From NCBI RefSeq assembly GCF_000008665.1, contig NC_000917.1, forward strand, positions 480,001 through 512,000: a DNA stretch of 32,000 nt, in the 5' to 3' direction. This DNA comes from Archaeoglobus fulgidus DSM 4304 (GTDB lineage: Archaea > Halobacteriota > Archaeoglobi > Archaeoglobales > Archaeoglobaceae). The notes below the pieces were generated by a model. The model had not been told where the DNA came from and did no database searches. It saw nothing but the letters and a program-made list of their open reading frames with translations. This document shows positions 25,453-31,561 of the stretch, piece by piece (position 1 is the stretch's first letter; every line of letters begins with the position of its first letter). Both the position numbers and the translations under genes were made by a program.

Positions 25453-25678
25453 GGCTAATGAAGTCCTTGATATTCGCGGAGAAGTTTGCCCTTTCACCTT
25501 CATCGAGACAAAGCTCAAGCTTGAGGAGATGAAAAGCGGGGAGATTCTTAGGGTTATCATTGACCATGAGCCTGCAGTGAGAGACGTGCCGAGGAGCGTG
25601 GAGCAGGAGGGGCATGAGGTTCTTTCAGTGGAAAAGGTAGGAGAGAAAGAATGGAGTATTCTTATAAAAAAGAAGTAA
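25421..25678 (+). CDS. TusA/SirA-family sulfurtransferase
   Basis: The active-site motif is 'LDIRGEVCPFTFIETKLKLEEM'. The 'GEILRVIIDHEPAVRDVPRSV' pattern is also present. The ATG at 25421 follows GAGGAGTGA. The gene overlaps the E1 3' end by 32 nt. Confidence 0.8.
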   Translation: MSRRAESRQIEANEVLDIRGEVCPFTFIETKLKLEEMKSGEILRVIIDHEPAVRDVPRSVEQEGHEVLSVEKVGEKEWSILIKKK

Positions 25679-25710
25679 AAGCTTTTTGAATATTTTTATA
25701 AAAGCTTTTT
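25677..25710 (+). terminator. hairpin-capable pair of AAAAGCTTTTT elements ending in T5; possible terminator that also overlaps a TATA-like TTTTTATAAAA
   Basis: The 11-mer occurs at 25677-25687 and 25700-25710. Each contains the self-complementary AAAAGCTTTT, so the two copies can pair into a 10-bp stem with a 13-nt loop. The structure lies directly after the tusA stop. Confidence 0.3.
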
Positions 25711-25808
25711 AACACCGTTAAATTTTCAGGGAGCAGTTTTTCACGAAATTATCAAAACCTCGCAAAGCTATTTAAGAAATAAGAGTGATAGTTCAGTGAG
25801 GTGATGTT

Positions 25809-26192
25809 ATGAAACTGGCAATTGTTCTGGCAAGTGGTGAGTTGGAGAAGGTTCAGGCTGCGAGCATTATTGCAAGCACCGCCGCAACGCTCGGCGAGGT
25901 AATGGTTTTCGCCACAATGGACGGGTTGATGGCCTTCAAGAAAGACGTGGTGGAGAACAAGGCATGGAAGGCTGGAGAGCTTGGTAAGGGCATGATTCAG
26001 GCAAATGCACCGCTCTTCATAGACGTTCTCAAGCAGGCAAAGGAGGTAGGAAATCTGAAGGTCTATGCCTGCGGTATGGTCATGGACATGCTGAAGATGA
26101 GCCTTGACGACTTCGTTGACATCTTTGATGACGTCATTGGCGTCACGAAGTTCCTCGGCATGGTTGAGGACGCAAAGGTTCTCTTCATCTAA
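25809..26192 (+). CDS. DsrE/DsrF-like (COG2210-type) sulfur-relay protein
   Basis: The 127-aa protein starts 'MKLAIVLASGELEKV...' and has a conserved Cys in 'VYACGMVMDM'. A GAGGTGA RBS precedes it. It is immediately followed by a second TusA gene. Confidence 0.7.
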   Translation: MKLAIVLASGELEKVQAASIIASTAATLGEVMVFATMDGLMAFKKDVVENKAWKAGELGKGMIQANAPLFIDVLKQAKEVGNLKVYACGMVMDMLKMSLDDFVDIFDDVIGVTKFLGMVEDAKVLFI

Positions 26193-26212
26193 ATTTTTTG
26201 GGGGTGGTTGAG

Positions 26213-26434
26213 ATGGTAGTTGTTGACGCAAGGGGAAGCTACTGCCCGGGCCCACTGATGGAGATGATTAAAACTCTCAAGCAGGTTGAGGTTGGAGAGG
26301 TTGTTGAGGTTCTCTCCAGCGATGAAAGCAGTGCCAAAGACATTCCTGAGTGGGTCAAGAAAGCTGGACATGAGCTTGTTGAGGTAAAGAAGGAAGAAGA
26401 CTACTGGAGAATTGTTGTTAAGAAGTTGAAGTGA
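26213..26434 (+). CDS. TusA/SirA-family sulfurtransferase, second copy
   Basis: The active-site motif is 'VDARGSYCPGPLMEMIKTLKQV'. The ATG at 26213 has a GGGGTGG RBS and is preferred over the TTG at 26198. Confidence 0.8.
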   Translation: MVVVDARGSYCPGPLMEMIKTLKQVEVGEVVEVLSSDESSAKDIPEWVKKAGHELVEVKKEEDYWRIVVKKLK

Positions 26435-26435
26435 T

Positions 26436-27578
26436 ATGAAAAACATTGTTATTGTTGGTGGAGGAGTTGCTGGAACCATTACTGCAAACTACCTCGCAAT
26501 GAAGCTCAGGGAGGAAATCAGGGAGAAGAACGTCTCCATAACCCTGATTTCAGACAGGGAGAAGCAGCTCTACGAGCCGGGACTGCTTTACCTCATTTTC
26601 AACAGAATGGAGGAGAGCGAGATTCTCAAAGATGTTAAGTACCTTCTTGACCCGCTAATTGAGCTGAAGATTGCAAGGGCAACGAAAATTGATGCGGAGA
26701 AGAGCAGGGTTGAGCTTGAAAATGGAGAAGTGGTAAACTACGACTACCTTGTCATCGCTACAGGTTCAAGAGTTGCTCCTGAGGAGATGCCGGGGCTTGT
26801 TGATGGCGGACACTGGTTCTACAACCTTGATGGGGCAAAAAGGCTGAGAGAGGAGCTTGCAAGGTTCAAGAAGGGAAAGGTTGTCGTCAGCGTAATGGGA
26901 ATCCCGCACAAATGCCCCGTTGCACCCATTGAGGTTACCTTCATGCTCCACGAGTTCTTCAAGATTCACGGCGTGAGGAAGGATGTGGAGTTGCTCTACA
27001 CCTACCCGATAAACAGAGTCTTCACGATGGAGGAGGTTTCCGACCTTGTCCAAAAAATGTTCGACGAGAGGGGGATAAACTACAAGACCTTCTTCAATCC
27101 CGTAAGCATCGACCCTGAGAAGAAGGTCATTGAGACTCTGGAGGGTGAGGAGGAGCCATACGACCTCCTTATAGCAATCCCGCCGCACAAGGGCTCTCAG
27201 GTAATCATCGACTCAGGCCTTGGCGATAGAGATGGCTGGGTCCCGACTGACAGGTACACGCTGAAGGCCGAGGGACTGGAGAATGTGTATGTTGTTGGAG
27301 ATGCGACGAATTTGCCAGTAAGCAAAGCAGGCAGTGTGGCACACTTTGAGGCGGAGGTTGTGGCGGAGAATATAGCTGCGGAGATTAAGGGCCTGCCCCC
27401 AACAGCCAGATACTTCGGAAAGGCGATGTGCTTCATCGAGACGGGATTCAGCGAGGCGACATACATATGGTTCGACTACGAGACACCACCGAAATTCGTA
27501 AAGCCTAACAAGTTCATCCACTGGATGAAGCTTGCCTACAACAGAATGTACTGGCTTACGGCAAGAGGTATGCTCTGA
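26436..27578 (+). CDS. sulfide:quinone oxidoreductase-like FAD-dependent pyridine-nucleotide-disulfide oxidoreductase
   Basis: An N-terminal Rossmann motif 'IVIVGGGVAGTITA' and 'YVVGDATNLPVSKAGSVAHFEAEV' are present. Two Cys lie at SQR-like positions ('GIPHKCPVAPIE' and 'GKAMCFIETG'). The start is 1 nt after the tusA stop. Confidence 0.7.
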   Translation: MKNIVIVGGGVAGTITANYLAMKLREEIREKNVSITLISDREKQLYEPGLLYLIFNRMEESEILKDVKYLLDPLIELKIARATKIDAEKSRVELENGEVVNYDYLVIATGSRVAPEEMPGLVDGGHWFYNLDGAKRLREELARFKKGKVVVSVMGIPHKCPVAPIEVTFMLHEFFKIHGVRKDVELLYTYPINRVFTMEEVSDLVQKMFDERGINYKTFFNPVSIDPEKKVIETLEGEEEPYDLLIAIPPHKGSQVIIDSGLGDRDGWVPTDRYTLKAEGLENVYVVGDATNLPVSKAGSVAHFEAEVVAENIAAEIKGLPPTARYFGKAMCFIETGFSEATYIWFDYETPPKFVKPNKFIHWMKLAYNRMYWLTARGML

Positions 27579-27587
27579 GGTGGTAGT

Positions 27588-28001
27588 ATGTCGGAAGAGG
27601 AGACTGTCAAGCAGCTTGAGCCCCTTCTGAAGAAAATAGCGGAGAATCAGGAGCACCTCATAGAGGCGATTGACAAGCTGGTCTGGCTTGAGAAGAGTGG
27701 GAATCTCGATGCTCTGCTTGGATTTTCAGCCCTCATCAAAATCGTTCAGGACTCAATCAGCGATGCGGTGGTGGAGAGGAACATGGAGATGATATCGAAC
27801 ATAGGCTTGATTTCGACCAAGTTCACCAGCGACAGAGCTTTGGTTCTGCTCAACGCTCTTGGAGATGCGATCTGCAGGTGCGAGAGGGAGCCTGAGCCCG
27901 TTGGCATGGTAGGGCTGATGAAAGCACTCAGAGAGCCTGAGGTGCAGAAGGCTCTGGGAATGCTGCTGAACATCGCGAGGGAGCTTGGGAAGAACATATA
28001 A
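27588..28001 (+). CDS. DUF1641-like small helical protein (a common partner of SQR-like flavoproteins)
   Basis: The 137-aa protein has a helical repeat pattern and a C-terminal 'GLMKALREPEVQKALGMLLNIAREL'. The family name comes from my memory of this motif and its neighbourhood. Confidence 0.6.
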   Translation: MSEEETVKQLEPLLKKIAENQEHLIEAIDKLVWLEKSGNLDALLGFSALIKIVQDSISDAVVERNMEMISNIGLISTKFTSDRALVLLNALGDAICRCEREPEPVGMVGLMKALREPEVQKALGMLLNIARELGKNI

Positions 28002-28028
28002 ATTTTTTAAACTTTGTTAACAACGTTA

Positions 28029-28038
28029 ACTTTAAATC
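28029..28038 (+). promoter_or_regulatory. TATA box (ACTTTAAATC) for the LarE-like gene
   Basis: Its centre (~28034) is about 27 nt before the ATG at 28061. Confidence 0.4.
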
Positions 28039-28060
28039 TTTTTTCTCAGAACAACAACCG

Positions 28061-28858
28061 ATGAATCCAGAAACACTGGAAAAACTGCAGAGGATGAGAG
28101 GATTTCTTGAAGGTTTCAAAGGGGTTGTTATCGCCTTCAGCGGTGGTGTTGACAGCTCAACTCTTGCTGCGGTCTGCAAGGATGCAGGACTTGATGTTCT
28201 GGCAGTAACGGTTGTCTCTCAAAAATCTCCGTCAAGGGAAATTAAAGATGCTGCAAAAATCGCAATGGAAATTGGCGTGAAACACGAGTTTGTCAATATG
28301 GACATTCTGACACCGGAATTCAGGGAAAACACATCTGAGAGGTGCTACTTCTGCAAGAAAAAGGTTCTTTCATCTCTGGTGTCCTTGGCCGAGGAGAGGG
28401 GTTACGATGCAGTTTTTGAAGGGACAAATGCGAGCGATTTAGAAGGGCACAGACCGGGATACAAAGCTGTAAAGGAAATGCACGGGGTTTACAGTCCTTG
28501 GGCTGAATTTGGGATTACGAAGAAGGAAATAAGGATGGTAGCGAAGTCCATGGGGTTTTCGTTTTACGACAAGCCGTCTCTTGCCTGCTTGGCTTCGAGA
28601 ATCCCTTCTGGCGTTGAAATTGACGAGCGAAAGCTGAGAATGGTCGATGAGGCAGAGAATCTGGTGATAGAAATTGCTGGGGTGAGGCAGGTAAGGGTGA
28701 GGAATTATGACGGTGTTGCAGTCGTGGAGGTCGGTGAAGAGGAGATAGGCAAGCTACTCGAAAAAGCGACGATAGTGAGGGACAGGCTGAAGGAAATAGG
28801 ATTTAGATCGGTTCTGGTTGATCTGGAGGGCTACAGAACGGGGAAGCAGCTGTTTTAG
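28061..28858 (+). CDS. LarE-family PP-loop ATP pyrophosphatase / sulfur transferase (TIGR00268-like)
   Basis: The PP-loop is 'AFSGGVDSS'. Three conserved Cys are present ('CYFCKK' and 'PSLACLASR'). The C-terminal domain contains 'VRVRNYDGVAVVEV'. Confidence 0.8.
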   Translation: MNPETLEKLQRMRGFLEGFKGVVIAFSGGVDSSTLAAVCKDAGLDVLAVTVVSQKSPSREIKDAAKIAMEIGVKHEFVNMDILTPEFRENTSERCYFCKKKVLSSLVSLAEERGYDAVFEGTNASDLEGHRPGYKAVKEMHGVYSPWAEFGITKKEIRMVAKSMGFSFYDKPSLACLASRIPSGVEIDERKLRMVDEAENLVIEIAGVRQVRVRNYDGVAVVEVGEEEIGKLLEKATIVRDRLKEIGFRSVLVDLEGYRTGKQLF

Positions 28859-29570
28859 ACATCAATTGCGTCCCCTCTAACAACTACATTTGTTGCAAAG
28901 GACACTGCAGCCAAACCACTTTTTTTCGCACACCTTTATCGCAGAATCCAGTATCGCCGCCTTGGACACCACAAGAGGTATTCCGGCTCTCACACATTTC
29001 ATCGCTATACCCCTCGAAATTCTGCCTGACAGTAGCAAGAAAGTCCGGCTCAGGTCAACCCCCATCAATAGAGCCGCCCCTATGGCTTTATCAACAGCGT
29101 TGTGCCTTCCAACGTCGTATCTCCGGACAATTAATCCATCTTTCCCCACTATTGCAGCAATATGATATCCATGTGTTCTCTCATACTCTTCGACGTTAAG
29201 ATAATCCAGAGCCCTTTCTGTCTCGGCATATTGAGAACCTCTCTCCCACTTCAACCTTCCCTACAACTTCATCCTCTCTGTAGATTCCTATGCATCCGGA
29301 AGACCTGATGGTGGATTCGCCCGGATTTCCATTCACATTGACGAAGACCGCATTGCTGTTCTGCAAACAGGGTGCCTCACGGAATTCGATGTCTTCAACA
29401 GATTTGGCAATCCCTTCAGAGATCAGAAATCCAACTGCAAGCTCTTGCAGATTTTTTGGAGTGCACATTATTCTGTATGGTGTTCTACCCACAAAAATCG
29501 TGAACTGATCCTCTTCTGCGAGTTCAAGAGGTTCGCCGATTTTTTCAATCACGTATAGAAGTTTAGCCAT
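28855..29570 (-). pseudogene. fdhD: FdhD-family sulfurtransferase (formate dehydrogenase accessory protein) with two frameshifts
   Basis: The N-terminal ORF 29196..29570 carries 'TPKNLQELAVGFLISEGI'. The C-terminal ORF 28877..29254 carries 'YDVGRHNAVDKAIG'. The first frame break is near 29225-29240. The second is in the T7 run at 28920-28926. Removing one T restores '...AIKVCEKSGLAAVSFATNVVVRGDAIDV' with a stop at 28855-28857. Confidence 0.75.
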
Positions 29571-29608
29571 AGGTTAAAAACCTTAACATTTCCTGCATTA
29601 ACCAAAAC

Positions 29609-29618
29609 CTTTAAATAA
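29609..29618 (+). promoter_or_regulatory. TATA box (CTTTAAATAA) of the feoB promoter
   Basis: An A-rich BRE-like AAAACC precedes it. The predicted TSS is near 29640, about 33 nt before the ATG at 29673. Confidence 0.45.
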
Positions 29619-29634
29619 TTTAGGTTAACCTAAA
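29619..29634. promoter_or_regulatory. perfect 16-bp palindrome TTTAGGTTAACCTAAA; DtxR/IdeR-type 'iron box'-like operator
   Basis: I read it directly. The half-sites TTAGGTTA / TAACCTAA match the classical DtxR/IdeR operator halves. It lies between the TATA box and the predicted TSS of feoB, and a DtxR-like gene lies downstream of feoB. Confidence 0.6.
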
Positions 29635-29672
29635 AATAAATGAAGTGTCACAGTGTTAATCAACCCACAGTG

Positions 29673-31561
29673 ATGGAAAGCAGTCGCAGAAAGGTAGCTC
29701 TTTGGAAATCCGAACGTGGGGAAGAGCGCACTTTTTTACGCATTAACAGGAAAATACGCAACTATTTCAAATTATCCGGGAACCACAGTTGACGTTGCAA
29801 TTGCAAGAATGAGGGATATTGAGGTGATAGACACACCGGGAATGCATTCCTTGGTTCCTGTAACCGGTGAGGAGGAGGTTGCGAGAAGACTGCTTGAGGA
29901 GGTTGATTTGGTAGTTCATGTTGTTGATGCCAAGAACATAAAGAGGGCGCTTCCCTTCACTCTTCAGCTAATCGAGGCGGGTTTTAACGTGATTCTCGTT
30001 CTCAATCTCGTAGATGAGGCTGAGAAGCTCGGTATATTCATCAACGAGAAGATGCTTGAGCAAAGGTTGGGAATTCCCGTGATAAAGACAATCGCAACGG
30101 AGAAGAGGGGCGTGGGTAGCCTGAAGGAGGAGATCAGAAGGAGAATTGATGGGGGAAAGGACGGCAGGCAGGTTATCAGTTCAGCCCCCAGATTGAGAAG
30201 GTTGTCAAGGAAGTTGAAGAGATGCTTGAAGGAGACTACAGCATTTCCAAAAGGGCCATGGCGATTTTGCTGCTTTTAAAAGACCCCATTTCCCTTGAAA
30301 TGGTTAAAAAGGAGAGAAATTATGATAAAATAGTGGAAAGGGTTAACGTCAGCGGTGTTCTCCCCTACGAAATAATGAGGGAGATTTATGAGGATGCGGA
30401 AGAGATGCTAAACGGGGTTATGAGATATGAGGAGACTTCAAAAGGGTTGACAAAGAAAATAGGGGTTCTCTTCCTGAATCCGCTGTTCGGCATTCCCCTC
30501 AGCATCCTGTCCCTCGCCTTTATCTACCTCCTTGCCGGGTATATCGGTGCGCAGATTCTTGTTGATTTTATAGAGACGTGGTTCGAAGAGAACATTAATT
30601 CAGCTGTCAATGCCTTCCTTTACCAGAACGTTCCGAACTACTGGGATCAGGGAGTTGATCGGCGGAGATTACGGGATTATAACGCTGAGCATCAGATACG
30701 CGATAGCAATAATCTTCCCGATAGTGACGACCTTCTTCCTCGCTTTTTCGATTCTGGAGGATTCAAGATTACTACCGAGAACCGCTTATCTGCTCGATGG
30801 AGTCTTCAAGAAAATCGGAATGAGTTGTAGGACTGTCATCCCGCTCCTGCTCGGCACGGGTTGTGGGACGATGGCAGTCATCGTGACCAGAATTCTTGAG
30901 ACATGGAGGGAGAGGATTATAGCCACGGTTTTGCTTGCTGTGGGCATACCATGCAGCGCCCAGCTTGGAGTTATGATTGGTATAGCTCCCGACTTCATAG
31001 CGATGCTGATGTGGATTTCAATCGTCACTGCGGTTCTCCTGATAACCGGATTTTTCGCTTCCAGAATTTTACCGGGAGAGGGCGGTTTTCTTCATGGAAA
31101 TTCCACCGGTGAGAGTGCCGAAGCTTGAGAATGTGTTTTACAAAACCGTGTCGAGGCTTGAGTGGTATTTCAAGGAGGTTCTGCCAATCTTCGTTCTTAT
31201 CAGCTTCCTGATATGAATTGGCAGAATAACCACAGTCTTCGATATTATAATCGCTGCACTGAGCGTTCCGGTTTCGGCTATAGGTCTGCCTGCTGAAGCT
31301 TCAAAGGTGTTCCTATATGGTTTCTTCAGGAGGGATTACGGTGCTGCAGGACTTTTCGATATTGCTGGCGAGGGTTTGCTCGGATACAATCAGATTCTGG
31401 TGGCCATGGTTACTCTTACACTCTTCGTTCCCTGCGTAGCGCAGTTCAGCGTAGTATGCAAGGAGAGAGGACTTAGACAGGGGGTGCTTGTTTTTGTGCT
31501 TTCCGTAACGATAGCCTTTACTACAGGCTTTGTAACCGCCTTAATGTTAGGGGTGGTGTGA
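29673..31561 (+). pseudogene. feoB: ferrous iron transporter FeoB, disrupted by four frameshifts and one in-frame TGA
   Basis: The G-domain motifs 'GNPNVGKS', 'PGTTV', 'DTPG' and 'NLVD' are present. The membrane domain carries 'LEDSRLLPRTAYLLDGVFKKIGMSCRTVIPLLLGTGCGTMA', 'FFMEIPPVRVPK' and 'GFFRRDYGAAGL'. The pieces lie in ORFs starting at 29673, 29716, 30222, 30610, 31088 and 31307, in different frames. A TGA at 31214-31216 replaces the expected Trp ('FLI*IGR'). Confidence 0.9.

Noticed and set aside
24619-25560. 313-aa ORF on the minus strand, the longest unassigned ORF in the track
   Set aside because: It lies entirely antisense to the E1-like and TusA genes, which carry unmistakable family motifs. 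The minus-strand product is low-complexity (Ser/Leu/Pro-rich) with no motif, start context or RBS. It is a typical shadow ORF of a GC-balanced coding region.
31214-31216. In-frame TGA in feoB as possible selenocysteine or programmed read-through
   Set aside because: The aligned position in FeoB proteins is a Trp in a TM helix ('LIWI'), one substitution from TGA. The gene also carries four frameshifts. No SECIS-like context was evident, so a nonsense mutation is the simpler explanation.
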